DNA of 32,000 nt from Cupriavidus necator (GCF_016127575.1 NZ_CP066018.1:3180001-3212000); one strand, 5' to 3'; shown: positions 1-9,994, counted from the first letter of the stretch. Translations and numbers: made by a program. The notes: generated from the sequence alone by a model not told the origin.

Positions 1-35
1 ACCGGCTTCCACAGATCTTTCGTCGCCGGACTGAC

Positions 36-290
36 TTACTCGTTCCTGAGATCAATGCCGAAGCCGCCCGCCAGTTCACAATCGATGATCCCGGCGGCGT
101 AGGCGAAAAGCCATTCCTCTGCCTCCTCCAGCGTTGCGGGCGGGTGGGGCCAGTCCGGCGTAAAGCGGATGCCCATGTCCTCATTGCGCGTGGAGATCTG
201 AACTCGCCCGCCTGGCTTGCCTGGCTCAATCACCTCCGGCACGAAGAGCGCAACGTGGAATCCCTTGTAAGACCGCTTTTTTTCCAGCAT
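36..290 (-). CDS. hypothetical small protein (84 aa)
   Basis: Track ORF is 36..305. The internal ATG at 288-290 has GGAGG (revcomp of 296-300) 5 nt upstream, whereas the track start at 305 is TTG. No family recognised. Confidence 0.45.
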   Translation of the reverse strand: MLEKKRSYKGFHVALFVPEVIEPGKPGGRVQISTRNEDMGIRFTPDWPHPPATLEEAEEWLFAYAAGIIDCELAGGFGIDLRNE

Positions 291-584
291 TTCAGCCTCC
301 GGCAATTTACGATGTCCGTAGCTCAGCCCGAGCGCCGGACTGTCTTGAATTCAAGATATAGCGAGGCGCGGCTAATGCCTAGTAATGCCGCGGAACCCCG
401 GCGATCACATCGGAGCGTGCGGTTGAATTTGACCTAGACTGAAAAAGTGCCTTCGCGCGCTTCGAGGCTGGGCAATGGAGCTTCATTGGCAGCCAACTGA
501 TGCGGGCGAATGACAATGGCACAGGCAACACACAATCATCTGCTGCCTGAACTCATGTGAATTGGTGTTCACGAAGGGGGCATC

Positions 585-911
585 ATGTTGCAAGCCAGTG
601 AAATGCAGCAACGTTTTAGTCATCTGCAGCAAACCATCAGCGAGACATCCCGGACTTGTCATGCCGATACGGGGATTCCACAAGACTTGATGAACTGGGT
701 GGATGAGCTCGACAAGGAGTGCAAATCGGCATCGAAGGTCGTGTCTTCCAAGGATGAGGATCGGATCCGGCAGTGGGTCGATGATCTCGAACGGATCGGT
801 GATCGTGCAGACCGCGCTTGCCAGCAGGCCGGCAGTCTCGATGCAAAGGTCAAGGATGCAGTCAGTTCGATGCATTCGGAACTTGCTGACCTGAAGCGCC
901 AACTGCACTAA
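585..911 (+). CDS. hypothetical, probably all-helical, small protein (108 aa)
   Basis: ATG at 585 is preceded by AAGGGGG (574-580). The gene is followed by a stem-loop at 921-947. No signal peptide and no family recognised. Confidence 0.5.
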   Translation: MLQASEMQQRFSHLQQTISETSRTCHADTGIPQDLMNWVDELDKECKSASKVVSSKDEDRIRQWVDDLERIGDRADRACQQAGSLDAKVKDAVSSMHSELADLKRQLH

Positions 912-920
912 CTTATCTGA

Positions 921-947
921 CAGCCCCGGTCCAACCAGCCGGGGCTG
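921..947 (+). terminator. stem-loop downstream of the 108-aa ORF
   Basis: CAGCCCCGG (921-929) pairs with CCGGGGCTG (939-947) around a 9-nt loop. Only a weak T tract follows. Confidence 0.35.
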
Positions 948-1081
948 ATTGCATGCGCCGCGGTCAAGGCGCGCACGATCTCAGTCCGCAGGCAAGGCCA
1001 GGTTGCACCTGCACCCCGCCTGCATAGGCGGCCTCCCTCAGCCCTGCAGGGCACCCAAAATCACCTCCTGCACACGCGCTT

Positions 1082-1450
1082 TCCAGGCGGATCAGCGCGC
1101 TGGAGAAGGCCATTGGCCTGCGGCTGCTGCATCGCACGATGCGCAAGGTCGAGCTGACCGAGGCCGGGCAGCTCTACTACGAGCGCTGCAAGCGCATCTG
1201 GACGAAGCACGGATCGCCCACGAGCAACCGGGGGAGATGCTGCCGCCTGGCAATGCTGGGCCTGGGCGTGGTCTTGCTGGCCGAGGAGGTGGCGGCAGAG
1301 GACGTGGCGGCCGGCCGCCTGCGCCGGATATTGCCTGGCAGGCAGACCAGGCCGACGCCGGTCTATGCGCTGACCGAAACACGCTTGCTGCCGGCAAAGA
1401 CACAGCGCTTTATCGAGTTCCTGAAGGAGCGTCTGGGCACCAAAGCGTGA
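1082..1450 (+). pseudogene. LysR-family regulator remnant (5'-truncated, frameshifted, internally deleted)
   Basis: The frame of ORF 1139..1450 reads upstream as SRRISALEKAIGLRLLHRTMRKVELTEAGQLYYERCKRI, which is the end of a LysR HTH. The continuation LDEARIAHEQ lies in another frame (ORF 949..1461). The C-terminal piece GLGVVLLAEEVAAEDVAAGRLRRILPG...PVYALTETRLLPAKTQRFIEFLKERL follows after only about 20 codons, so most of the effector domain is missing. Confidence 0.75.
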
Positions 1451-1457
1451 GCACACA

Positions 1458-1484
1458 GTGATTGCGCGCCGAACGCGCAATCAC
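1458..1484. terminator. perfect 11-bp inverted repeat between the LysR remnant and the cusF 3' end
   Basis: GTGATTGCGCG (1458-1468) and CGCGCAATCAC (1474-1484) flank a 5-nt loop. It lies 19 nt downstream of the cusF stop on the minus strand. There is no clear U tract. Confidence 0.4.
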
Positions 1485-1502
1485 CTCCAGCGACGGTAGC
1501 CC

Positions 1503-1841
1503 TCACTTGCGCCGCATTTGCATGACCGTAGGCTTGCCATCAACGTTGTCGAACGTCACGGATACCGCCTCGCCCTCCTTGAAATCCTTCAGCGATGCGC
1601 GATCCTTGACGGGGAACGCCATGGTCATCGGTCCCATGCCGAGGTTGGCGATCGGTCCGTGCCTGAGCGTGACCTTGCCGGCCTGCGCATCGATCTTCTT
1701 GATCTCGGCTGCCACGGGTTGCGGCGCCTGCTGCGCGGGTGCGGACGGCTTCATGTCCATGCCGTCCATCGATCCCGCTGCGAATGCGGCCGGCGTGGTG
1801 GCGAAAGCCAGCGCGAGGGCGAGCGTCTTGATGGAATTCAT
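1503..1841 (-). CDS. cusF: periplasmic Cu(I)/Ag(I) chaperone CusF
   Basis: 112 aa. Signal peptide [21 protein letters not shown], Met-rich GSMDGMDMK, and CusF core [18 protein letters not shown]. The ATG at 1839-1841 overlaps the cusA stop as ATGA (1838-1841). The track extension to 2021 lies inside cusA and is rejected. Confidence 0.9.
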   Translation of the reverse strand: MNSIKTLALALAFATTPAAFAAGSMDGMDMKPSAPAQQAPQPVAAEIKKIDAQAGKVTLRHGPIANLGMGPMTMAFPVKDRASLKDFKEGEAVSVTFDNVDGKPTVMQMRRK

Positions 1842-4800
1842 AGTGGTTCCTTCTGAAGTGAGGGGTGTACGGAAACTGGTTGAGGTCTGGTCTGGCGCCG
1901 GCGCATCAGCAAATACACCGCCGGCACCACGAAGAGCGAAAGCAATGGCGCGGTGAGCATGCCGCCCACCATCGGCGCGGCAATGCGCTGCATGACCTCG
2001 GAGCCGGTGCCATGCGACCACATGATCGGCACCAGGCCGGCAAGGATGACGGCGACGGTCATTGCCTTGGGGCGCACGCGCAGCACCGCGCCTTCCTGGA
2101 TGGCCTCAAGCAGCGCGGACAGGCTGGCATCGCCCTGGTTCGCGCGCGCGGTCCATGCCTGCTTCAGGTAGAGCAGCATGATCACGCCGAATTCCGCCGC
2201 CACGCCCGCCAGCGCGATGAAGCCGACCACGCCGGCAACCGACAGGTTGTAGCCCAGCAGGTAGAGCAGCCAGAAGCCGCCGATCAGCGCCAGCGGCAGC
2301 GTGCCCATGATGAGCAGGGCTTCATCGAGACGGCCGAACACCAGGTACAGCAGCACGAAGATGATCAGCAGCGTGAACGGCACTACCACCTTCAGCTTTG
2401 CGGCGGCCCGCTCCAGGTATTCGAACTGCCCCGACCAGCTCAGCGAATAGCCAGCCGGCATCGGCACCGCTTTCGCAACGGCGGCCTGCATATCCCGGAC
2501 GGCCGAGCGCAGGTCACGCCCGCGGATGTCGACATACACCCAGCCCGACAGTCGCGCATTTTCGCTGCGCAGCATCGGCGCTCCCTGCACCACCTGGATG
2601 CGCGCCAGGTCGGACAGCACGATCTGCTGGCCCTTGTCCGTGACGATGGGCAGGCTGCGCAGTTGCTCCACCGAGTCGCGGTAGTCGCGCGGGTAGCGTA
2701 CGTTGATAGGGAAGCGCGCCAGCCCGTCGACGACCTCGCCCACATTGTCGCCGCCGATGGCCGACGATACCACGCTCTGCACATCCGCGATGTTCAGCCC
2801 GTAGCGGCCCGCCGCCACGCGATTGATGTCGATATCGACATAGCGCCCGCCGCTCAGCCGCTCGGCCAGTGCCGACGTCACCCCCGGCACTGTCCTGACG
2901 GCTTCCTCGATGCGCGTTGCCAGGCGATCGATCTCCTTCAGGTCCGCGCCCGCCACCTTGATGCCGACCGGGCTCTTGATGCCGGTGGCAAGCATGTCGA
3001 TGCGGTTGCGGATCGGCGGCACCCAGATGTTGGACAGGCCCGGCACCTTGACCACGCGATCGAGCTCTTCCACCAGCTTGTCGGTGGTCATGCCGGCACG
3101 CCACTGGTCGCGCGGCTTGAACTGGATGGTGGTCTCGAACATCTCGAGGGGCGCCGGATCGGTCGCGGTATCGGCGCGGCCGGCCTTGCCGAATACGGTC
3201 GCCACCTCGGGCACGGTCCTGATCAGGCGGTCGGTCTGTTGCAGCAGCTGCGCCGCCTTGCCGGCGGAAAGGCCTGGCAATGCCGACGGCATATAGAGCA
3301 GGTCGCCCTCGTCGAGCGGCGGCATGAATTCGGCGCCGGTACGCAGCATCGGCCACGCCGTCGCGGCCAGCAGCACCGCGGCGACCGCAAGGGTGGTCTT
3401 CGGGTAGGCCAGCACCCGTGCCAGCACCGGCCGATAGGCGCGGATCAGCCATCGGTTCAAGGGGTTGGACTGCTCCGAAGGAATCCTGCCGCGGATCATG
3501 TAGCCCATCAGCACCGGCACCAGCGTCACCGACAGGCCCGCCGCCGCGGCCATGGAATAGGTCTTGGTAAAGGCCAGCGGCGAGAACAGCCGGCCCTCCT
3601 GCGCCTCCAGCGTAAAGACCGGGATAAACGACAGCGTGATGATCAGCAGCGAGAAGAACAGCGCGGGCCCGACCTCGGTGGCGGCCCGGCCGATCACGCC
3701 CCAGCGCTCGTTCCCTGCCAGCTCCCGGCCGGGGTTCTCGGCATGCCAGTGTTCCAGCTGCTTGTGCGCGTTCTCGATCATCACGACCGCGGCATCGACC
3801 ATGGCGCCAATGGCAATGGCAATGCCGCCCAGCGACATGATGTTGGCATTGATGCCCTGGTAGCGCATCACCAAAAAGGCGGCCAGCACGCCCAGCGGCA
3901 GCGACACGATCGCCACCAGCGCGGAACGCAGGTGGAACAGGAACAGCAGGCACACCAGCGCGACCACGGCGAACTCTTCGGCCAGCTTGTGTGTCAGGTT
4001 TTCCACCGCGCGCTTGATCAGCGCGGAGCGGTCGTAGGTGGTGACGATCTGCACACCGGCAGGCAGGCTCTTCTGCAGCGTGGCTAGCTTCGCCTTGACC
4101 GCCTCGATGGTTTCCAGCGCGTTCTTGCCTGAGCGCATCACGATCACGCCGCCGGCAACCTCGCCCTGGCCGTCAAGTTCGGCGATGCCGCGCCGCATCT
4201 CCGGGCCGAGCTGGACGATGGCGACATCGCCCAGCCGCACAGGAATGCCGGCATCGCTGGTCACCAGCGGAATCTGCCGGAAATCGTCGAGCGTCTTCAG
4301 GTAGCCGCTGGCGCGCACCATATACTCTGCCTCGCCCATTTCCAGCACCGACCCGCCGGCCTCCTGGTTGGCGCCCCTGAGCGCCGCCAGCACCTTGCCC
4401 TGCGACAGGTTGTAGGCGCGCATCCGGTCCGGCAGCAGCACCACCTGGTACTGCTTCACCATGCCGCCCAGCGAAGCGACCTCGGCCACATTGGGCAGCG
4501 ATTTCAGTTCGAAGCGCAGGAACCAGTCCTGCATTGCGCGCAACTGGCCGAGGTCATGCTGGCCGGTCTTGTCCACCAGCGCGTACTCGTAGATCCAGCC
4601 GACGCCGGTGGCATCCGGCCCCAGCGCCGGCCTGGCCGCGGCAGGCAGGCGGGACTGCACCTGGTTCAGGTATTCCAGCACGCGCGAGCGCGCCCAGTAC
4701 AGGTCGGTGCCATCCTCGAACAGCACATAGACGAACGAATCGCCAAAGAAAGAGTAACCCCGGACCGTCCTGGCGCCGGGCACCGACAGCATGGTGGTGG

Positions 4801-5008
4801 TCAGCGGATACGTAACCTGGTTCTCGACGATCTGCGGCGCCTGGCCCGGGAAGGGCGTGCGGATGATCACTTGCACATCGGACAGGTCGGGGAGGGCGTC
4901 GAGCGGCGTGCTTCGCACCGCCCACAGGCCCCATGCGGTCAGCATCACCGTGGCCAGCAGGACCAGGATGCGGTGGCGGATCGAGGCCAGGATCAGGCGC
5001 GCGATCAT
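1838..5008 (-). CDS. cusA: CusA/SilA-type heavy-metal efflux RND permease
   Basis: 1056 aa from [25 protein letters not shown]4 motif [21 protein letters not shown] length and 12-TM layout. ATG at 5006-5008 overlaps the cusB stop (ATGA 5005-5008). Confidence 0.95.
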   Translation of the reverse strand: MIARLILASIRHRILVLLATVMLTAWGLWAVRSTPLDALPDLSDVQVIIRTPFPGQAPQIVENQVTYPLTTTMLSVPGARTVRGYSFFGDSFVYVLFEDGTDLYWARSRVLEYLNQVQSRLPAAARPALGPDATGVGWIYEYALVDKTGQHDLGQLRAMQDWFLRFELKSLPNVAEVASLGGMVKQYQVVLLPDRMRAYNLSQGKVLAALRGANQEAGGSVLEMGEAEYMVRASGYLKTLDDFRQIPLVTSDAGIPVRLGDVAIVQLGPEMRRGIAELDGQGEVAGGVIVMRSGKNALETIEAVKAKLATLQKSLPAGVQIVTTYDRSALIKRAVENLTHKLAEEFAVVALVCLLFLFHLRSALVAIVSLPLGVLAAFLVMRYQGINANIMSLGGIAIAIGAMVDAAVVMIENAHKQLEHWHAENPGRELAGNERWGVIGRAATEVGPALFFSLLIITLSFIPVFTLEAQEGRLFSPLAFTKTYSMAAAAGLSVTLVPVLMGYMIRGRIPSEQSNPLNRWLIRAYRPVLARVLAYPKTTLAVAAVLLAATAWPMLRTGAEFMPPLDEGDLLYMPSALPGLSAGKAAQLLQQTDRLIRTVPEVATVFGKAGRADTATDPAPLEMFETTIQFKPRDQWRAGMTTDKLVEELDRVVKVPGLSNIWVPPIRNRIDMLATGIKSPVGIKVAGADLKEIDRLATRIEEAVRTVPGVTSALAERLSGGRYVDIDINRVAAGRYGLNIADVQSVVSSAIGGDNVGEVVDGLARFPINVRYPRDYRDSVEQLRSLPIVTDKGQQIVLSDLARIQVVQGAPMLRSENARLSGWVYVDIRGRDLRSAVRDMQAAVAKAVPMPAGYSLSWSGQFEYLERAAAKLKVVVPFTLLIIFVLLYLVFGRLDEALLIMGTLPLALIGGFWLLYLLGYNLSVAGVVGFIALAGVAAEFGVIMLLYLKQAWTARANQGDASLSALLEAIQEGAVLRVRPKAMTVAVILAGLVPIMWSHGTGSEVMQRIAAPMVGGMLTAPLLSLFVVPAVYLLMRRRQTRPQPVSVHPSLQKEPL

Positions 5009-6549
5009 GGCCGGGCTCCCTGGGCGGTGCCGGCGGGCTCGACCGACGACAGCATGGCCGCGCCGTCGCGGTCCAGGTGGAAGCGGAAGCGGATGCGGTC
5101 GCCAGGCTTCAGTCCCTTGGGCAGGCCTGTCGGCGGCGCGGCGAAATCCATGGTCATCGCACCCCACTGTGCCGACGGGATGGGGCCATGCGAGATGGTC
5201 AGGCTCTCGCTGCCGTTCACGGCTTCGATGCGGCCTGTGCCTTCATGCTCGGCCGATGGTGCGGCAGGTGCGGAGGCCGCAAGCGGGGCGGACATGCGTT
5301 GCGCGCTGCCGCGCAGGCTGGCTTCCGAGTCGATCAGGAACTGGCCGGACGTGACCACTTTCTGTCCCGGCGCCAGTCCGTCCAGCACCTCGACCATGCC
5401 ATCGGCTTCGCGGCCGGTCTTGATCTCAGTGGCAACGAACCCTGCCTGGCCGGCATCGACCATGACGATACTGCGCTGGCCGGTGCGGATGACCGACTCC
5501 GACGGGATCAGCAACGCTTCCTTCTGCGCGCCACTGTCGAAGCCGACCGTGACAAACATGCCCGGCAGCAGGCGCCTGCCGGGGTTGGGCAGGATGATGC
5601 GGGCCTTGACGGTGCGGGTCGCCGGGTTGACGTCGGGAAGGATGGCGTCGACCTTGCCGGCAAGGGGGCTGGCCGTGCCGCCCTGCAGTACCGTGGCCGC
5701 CGCGCCGGGCCGGATGGTGCCGGCCTGGCCCTCTGGTACCTCGGCAATCACCCACACCTGGCTCAGGTCAGCCAGGCGGAACAGCGTCATGCCCGGCGAC
5801 ACGGTCATGCCCTCGCGCACCGCCACCTCGGTCACGAGGCCATCGACCGGGCTGGCGATGGCAACACCGGGCTGCGGCTTGCCGGATCTTTCGACCGCAC
5901 TGACCTGGCCCGGCGTCATGCCTGCCTGCAGCATGCGATTCCTGGCAGCACTGCGCAGGTCGTCCAGATGCTCGCTCGCTGCCATGCGTGACACGGCCAG
6001 GTATTCCTCTTGCGCCGCGACCCAGTCGGGCGAGTACAGGGTGACCAGCGCCTGTCCGCGCCGGACCGGGTCAAGGGTGGCCCGGACCGCGACGTGCTGC
6101 ACAAAGGCGTTGGTGCGCGCCTGGATGACCTGCACGCTGCGTTCGTCGATGGCGACATTGCCGGGCACCTGTAGCATCGCGGCCAGCCGTCCAGGCTTTG
6201 CCTCGGTGGTGCGAATGCCGAGGTTTTGCGCGACATGGCTGTCGACGGTGACACCGCTGCCGCTGCCATCGCCGTCCGCGTAGACCGGCACCAGTTGCAT
6301 CTCCATGAAGGGAGATTTGCCCGGCTTGTCGAAGCGCTGGCCCGGCACCATGGGATCGTGCCAGTACAGGATCTTCCTGCCGGTCTTCGGATCGATGTCG
6401 CCGGCCTTGAGCACGGTGGATTGCGCGCCAGCCGTGCTCGACGGTTGCGCAGTCTGTGTGCCGCGCGTGAACCCGAAGTGGTAAGCGCCGTAGAGGGCGA
6501 TGCCGGCGACGACCAGCCCGGCTGCTGCTGCAATGATGTGCTTCTTCAT
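5005..6549 (-). CDS. cusB: CusB/SilB-type periplasmic adaptor with a fused C-terminal CusF-like domain
   Basis: 514 aa from [16 protein letters not shown], with GGAGG just upstream. N-terminal [29 protein letters not shown] motif. The last 81 aa (5005-5250) contain [18 protein letters not shown]. The start overlaps the cusC stop (ATGA 6546-6549). Confidence 0.9.
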   Translation of the reverse strand: MKKHIIAAAAGLVVAGIALYGAYHFGFTRGTQTAQPSSTAGAQSTVLKAGDIDPKTGRKILYWHDPMVPGQRFDKPGKSPFMEMQLVPVYADGDGSGSGVTVDSHVAQNLGIRTTEAKPGRLAAMLQVPGNVAIDERSVQVIQARTNAFVQHVAVRATLDPVRRGQALVTLYSPDWVAAQEEYLAVSRMAASEHLDDLRSAARNRMLQAGMTPGQVSAVERSGKPQPGVAIASPVDGLVTEVAVREGMTVSPGMTLFRLADLSQVWVIAEVPEGQAGTIRPGAAATVLQGGTASPLAGKVDAILPDVNPATRTVKARIILPNPGRRLLPGMFVTVGFDSGAQKEALLIPSESVIRTGQRSIVMVDAGQAGFVATEIKTGREADGMVEVLDGLAPGQKVVTSGQFLIDSEASLRGSAQRMSAPLAASAPAAPSAEHEGTGRIEAVNGSESLTISHGPIPSAQWGAMTMDFAAPPTGLPKGLKPGDRIRFRFHLDRDGAAMLSSVEPAGTAQGARP

Positions 6550-7847
6550 TTTGCCTCCCTCACTGCGGCTTCGGCCTGGGCGGTAGGCAATGGCACCAGG
6601 TAGTTCAGGTCCGCCCACAGCTTCGCGGTCTTTGCCTCAAGCAGCAGGCGATCCATGGCGGTGTCGATGGCGCGATGGTTGGCTTCGGCGACCGCCGCCA
6701 AGGTGCCCGTGCTGGCGCGGTAGGCCGTCAGTGCCGCATCCGCCTGTGCCCGCGCGAGCGGCAAGGTCTTGTCGTCGTAGCGCCGCAGCCGGTCAAGGTT
6801 GCGCTGCAGCTCGGCCAGCCTGGCGCCGACCATGGCCTGGGTATTGCGCCGGACCATTTCCAGCCTGGCCCGCGCGTCATTGGCCTGCGCCAGCCGCGCA
6901 CTGATTTCGCGGTCCTGGCGGTTGCCCCGGTCCCACGGCAATGGGAAGCTGACATTGAGCGAGCCCATGTTCGAGTAGGCCGAGCCGCGCTGGCTGTACA
7001 TCAGCTCGACCGTCACGTCCGGCTTGCGGGCTTCCGTTGCCACCTGGATCTCCGATTCGGCCAGCGCCACGTCGCGCTGCGCAGCCGACAGTTCGGGCAC
7101 GGCCTCGAACTCGCCCCTGGCGAGTTGCCGGGCGCCCGGCGGCACTTCAAGCGGTGGCCGCGCCGACAGCGGGCGCCGCGCAGCGGCGCCGACCCAGCGC
7201 TCCAGGTTCAGCGTGGCCGTTGCCAGCGCGGCGCGGTTCTCGTCCTCGCGGTCGTGCAGCTTCTGGATTTCCAGCTCCATCGCCAGTACCTCCGCACGCG
7301 AGCCGCGCCCGCCGCGGTAGGCCGCGGTGGCGGCCTGCAGCGCCAGTTCAAGCGGATGGCCGTGATGGCCGAGCAGCACGCCGGCCTGCTCCGCATACCA
7401 CCGGTCGAGCCAGGCATTGACCGCATTGCGCTGCACGCCTGCCAGCCCCACTGTGCGCTGCGCGTCGGCAGCGGCGGCTTCGGCTTCGAAGCGCGCGGCC
7501 CTGGCGCGGCGCTTGTCCGCGCGCGTGAATTCCTGCATCACCGAGATCGAGCGCATGGTCATGGAATCCCGGCTCAGCGAGAACGCGTCCGAGCCGTTGA
7601 CCGGCACGTTGTTGACGCCGAGCTTGAGCACGGGATCCGGCAGGCGGCCGGCGGCGACGGCCATTTGCCCGGCGGCCTCCACGGCGCCGCGCGACGATTC
7701 GGCGTCGCCGGCATGGGCGCTCGCGATCGCGACGGCTTCCTCAAGGGAGAGGGAAGGGGCGGATTGCCCGGGCGCGCCTTGCGGCGCAGCCAGGCCGATT
7801 GCGGGCGCGCTGAGCAGCGCCACGGACAGGTGACGTAGAAAAAGCAT
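6546..7847 (-). CDS. cusC: outer-membrane efflux factor (CusC/CzcC-like, TolC family)
   Basis: 433 aa from MLFLRHLSVALLSAPAIGLAAP, with GGAGG (revcomp of 7852-7856) upstream. Typical OMF coiled-coil repeats. No lipobox cysteine in the signal peptide. Confidence 0.88.
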   Translation of the reverse strand: MLFLRHLSVALLSAPAIGLAAPQGAPGQSAPSLSLEEAVAIASAHAGDAESSRGAVEAAGQMAVAAGRLPDPVLKLGVNNVPVNGSDAFSLSRDSMTMRSISVMQEFTRADKRRARAARFEAEAAAADAQRTVGLAGVQRNAVNAWLDRWYAEQAGVLLGHHGHPLELALQAATAAYRGGRGSRAEVLAMELEIQKLHDREDENRAALATATLNLERWVGAAARRPLSARPPLEVPPGARQLARGEFEAVPELSAAQRDVALAESEIQVATEARKPDVTVELMYSQRGSAYSNMGSLNVSFPLPWDRGNRQDREISARLAQANDARARLEMVRRNTQAMVGARLAELQRNLDRLRRYDDKTLPLARAQADAALTAYRASTGTLAAVAEANHRAIDTAMDRLLLEAKTAKLWADLNYLVPLPTAQAEAAVREAK

Positions 7848-7916
7848 AAAGCCTCCAGGGACGACGACTGCTGCCCGCATGGAAGCAGGCAGCACCAGGT
7901 GACGTCGAGCCGGAGG

Positions 7917-8315
7917 CTAAGTCTGGAAACTGCAGTGAAGGACGGTGAGGGGAGGCGGTGCGCGCGCCTCTGCCTCGGCGCGCAGCCCAACGCGAACCTC
8001 CGCCAGGACCACGCGCGTTGGCTCAAGCACGCGCATCAGCACCGGCATGAAGGCCGGAAGCTGCGGCGAAGCATGGTCGGCGTTCCTGGAATCGGCCTGG
8101 CAATGCGCCAGGCAAAGCCCGCTCTGGTCGATGTCCTGCTGGGTGTCGCTGGCGGCCATATCGGCGCAGGATTCGGTCATCGCCGCCATCGTGCCGCTGT
8201 GTTCCGCCTGGTAGCGGCTGCCGGTACAGGCGTACGCCGCCACTGCCAGCTGGGCTGCCAGGAAGACAACGAGGAGGAAGCCGGCGAACCATGGCCGGCG
8301 ATGCGATTTGCTCAC
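7917..8315 (-). CDS. small membrane-anchored or secreted Cys/His protein heading the cus operon (CusD/CzcI-like?)
   Basis: 132 aa with a GTG start (8313-8315). Hydrophobic N-terminus WFAGFLLVVFLAAQLAVAAYAC. Motifs CLAHCQ and C-terminal PPPLTVLHC. Same strand as cusC and 69 nt upstream of it. The family assignment is from memory only. Confidence 0.5.
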   Translation of the reverse strand: MSKSHRRPWFAGFLLVVFLAAQLAVAAYACTGSRYQAEHSGTMAAMTESCADMAASDTQQDIDQSGLCLAHCQADSRNADHASPQLPAFMPVLMRVLEPTRVVLAEVRVGLRAEAEARAPPPLTVLHCSFQT

Positions 8316-8542
8316 GAGAGCGGTGCCTGTTTTGGCGACAATATATCAGTGTTCGGCGCCACCAGGCAGCATCGCTACTGCGGCAGCTTGCCGCACAGGT
8401 GGGCCGTTCGCGAACATAGCGAACGGCCTGATGCTGCACTTTCGCATGTTTTCCTGCAGCGGCAACGATGCCGTCCTGTGACACGTCACGGTGCCGAAAT
8501 ATTCGTCGTGCATCCTCCCGCCAAAACCAACGGGGAGGAAAT

Positions 8543-9994
8543 ATGAGGCGTCTTTCAATACTGGCAGCCCCGCTGCTGGCGCTGGCCGTAGCGTCGTGCG
8601 GCAGCGATGATGACAACAATGCGCCGGTCACGCAGCCGCCGGCTGCCGGCAGCACCGCGCCGGCGAAGAACGTCGTGTTCTTCCTTGGCGACGGCATGGG
8701 CATGACGACCATGACCGCGGCGCGGATCTACAAGGTCGGCGAGGATGGGGACCTGACCATGGATACGCTCCCCGAGAGCGGGTTTATCCGGACCTATTCG
8801 AACAACGCGCAGGTGACCGACAGTGCGCCGTCGATGGCGGCCTACATGACTGGCGTCAAGATGAACAACGAAGTCATCTCGATGACGCCGGAGACCAATG
8901 CCTTCGACGCCAGCGGCAAGGACTACCTGTCCGGCGCGGACAGCACCTGCCCGGCTTCCGGCAACGGCCAGAGCGTGCCGACGCTGCTCGAGCAGATGAA
9001 GGCGGCAGGCTACGGCACCGGCGTGGTCACCACCACCCGCATCACGCACGCAACCCCCGCCACGACCTACGCGCACGTGTGCCACCGCGACGCCGAGAAC
9101 ACCATCGCCGCGCAACTGGTGCCGCACGGCGCTGGCTACAACAGCGCGCTTGGTGATGGCGTCGATGTGATCTTCGGCGGCGGCCGCAAGCACTTCCAGA
9201 ACAAGGCCGCGGGCGGCGCCCGCACCGACGGCCGCGACCTGGTCGGCGAGCTGACCAAGGCCGGCTATGCCTACGTTTCCAGCAAGGCCGAGTTCGACAA
9301 GATCGACGCCGCCAGCGCGAAGAAGGTGGCAGGGTTGTTCACGTCCAGCCATATGGCCTACGACCTGGACCGCGTGCCCGGCGATGAACCGAGCCTGGCG
9401 GAGATGACCGGCAAGGCCATCGACGTGCTTGCCGCGAAGAGGAAGGGCTTCTTCCTGATGGTGGAAGGCGGCCGCATCGACCACGCATTGCATGAAACCA
9501 CCGCGCGCAAGGCGCTGCAGGACACCGTGGCCTTCGACACCGCGATCAAGACCGCGATCGACAAGCTCAACGTGATCGACCCGGGCCTGAAGAACACGCT
9601 GATCGTCGTCACCGCCGACCATGACCACACGCTGGTGCTGAACGGCTACGCCAAGCGCACCGGCCCCACCAGCGACAGCAACCCCGGCGTGCTGGGCCTG
9701 CTGAAGAACTACGTGACCGGCGCCCTGTCCACGGACTCCGGCGGCAATCCTTTCACCATTATCGGCTTCGGCACCGGCGAGAACCGCCCGGCCACGCGCA
9801 CCGCGCTGACCGATGCACAGGTCTACGACAAGAGCTATCACCAGGAAGCCGCGATCCCGACGGCGGCGGGTGGCGAGACCCATGGCGGCACCGATGTCTT
9901 TATCGGCGCACTGGGCAACGGTGCCGAATCCTTCGCCGGTGTGATGGACAACACCGACGTGTTCGGCCTGATCAAGACGGCCATCGGCCTCTAA
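8543..9994 (+). CDS. PhoA-family alkaline phosphatase, predicted lipoprotein
   Basis: 483 aa. GGGGAGGAA RBS. Lipobox LAVAS-C. Catalytic and metal motifs GDGMG, TDSAPSMAAY (Ser nucleophile), THATPA, EGGRIDHALH, VTADHDH and ETHGGTDV. Confidence 0.9.
   Translation: MRRLSILAAPLLALAVASCGSDDDNNAPVTQPPAAGSTAPAKNVVFFLGDGMGMTTMTAARIYKVGEDGDLTMDTLPESGFIRTYSNNAQVTDSAPSMAAYMTGVKMNNEVISMTPETNAFDASGKDYLSGADSTCPASGNGQSVPTLLEQMKAAGYGTGVVTTTRITHATPATTYAHVCHRDAENTIAAQLVPHGAGYNSALGDGVDVIFGGGRKHFQNKAAGGARTDGRDLVGELTKAGYAYVSSKAEFDKIDAASAKKVAGLFTSSHMAYDLDRVPGDEPSLAEMTGKAIDVLAAKRKGFFLMVEGGRIDHALHETTARKALQDTVAFDTAIKTAIDKLNVIDPGLKNTLIVVTADHDHTLVLNGYAKRTGPTSDSNPGVLGLLKNYVTGALSTDSGGNPFTIIGFGTGENRPATRTALTDAQVYDKSYHQEAAIPTAAGGETHGGTDVFIGALGNGAESFAGVMDNTDVFGLIKTAIGL

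Noticed and set aside
311-350. tRNA-like string GTAGCTCAG (318-326) resembling a D-arm.
   Set aside because: The D-loop would be too short, and no complementary anticodon stem, T-arm (GTTCGAAT-like) or acceptor pairing can be built. It is not a tRNA or a convincing tRNA fragment.
1842-2021. N-terminal extensions of track ORFs for cusF (to 2021), cusA (to 5167), cusB (to 6618), cusC (to 7895), acr3 (from 14106), arsI (from 12604), phaP, phaB, the YciI-like gene (from 15385) and the RND gene (to 30174).
   Set aside because: The extensions overlap the preceding gene, lack RBSs and encode non-homologous sequence. Internal starts give canonical N-termini, signal peptides, RBSs or ATGA coupling.
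1865-4087. 740-aa ORF antisense to cusA. Similar ORFs at 4556-6283 and 6675-7838 are antisense to cusB and cusC.
   Set aside because: These are typical long stop-free antisense frames of GC-rich DNA. Their products are Arg/Gly/His/Ala-rich low-complexity sequence with no motifs. The opposite strand encodes unmistakable RND, adaptor and OMF proteins.
8470-8500. Pho-box-like GTGACACGTCAC upstream of the first phosphatase.
   Set aside because: It is a short inverted pair, not two CTGTCAT-type direct repeats at 11-bp phasing. That is too weak to call a PhoB site without a matrix scan.
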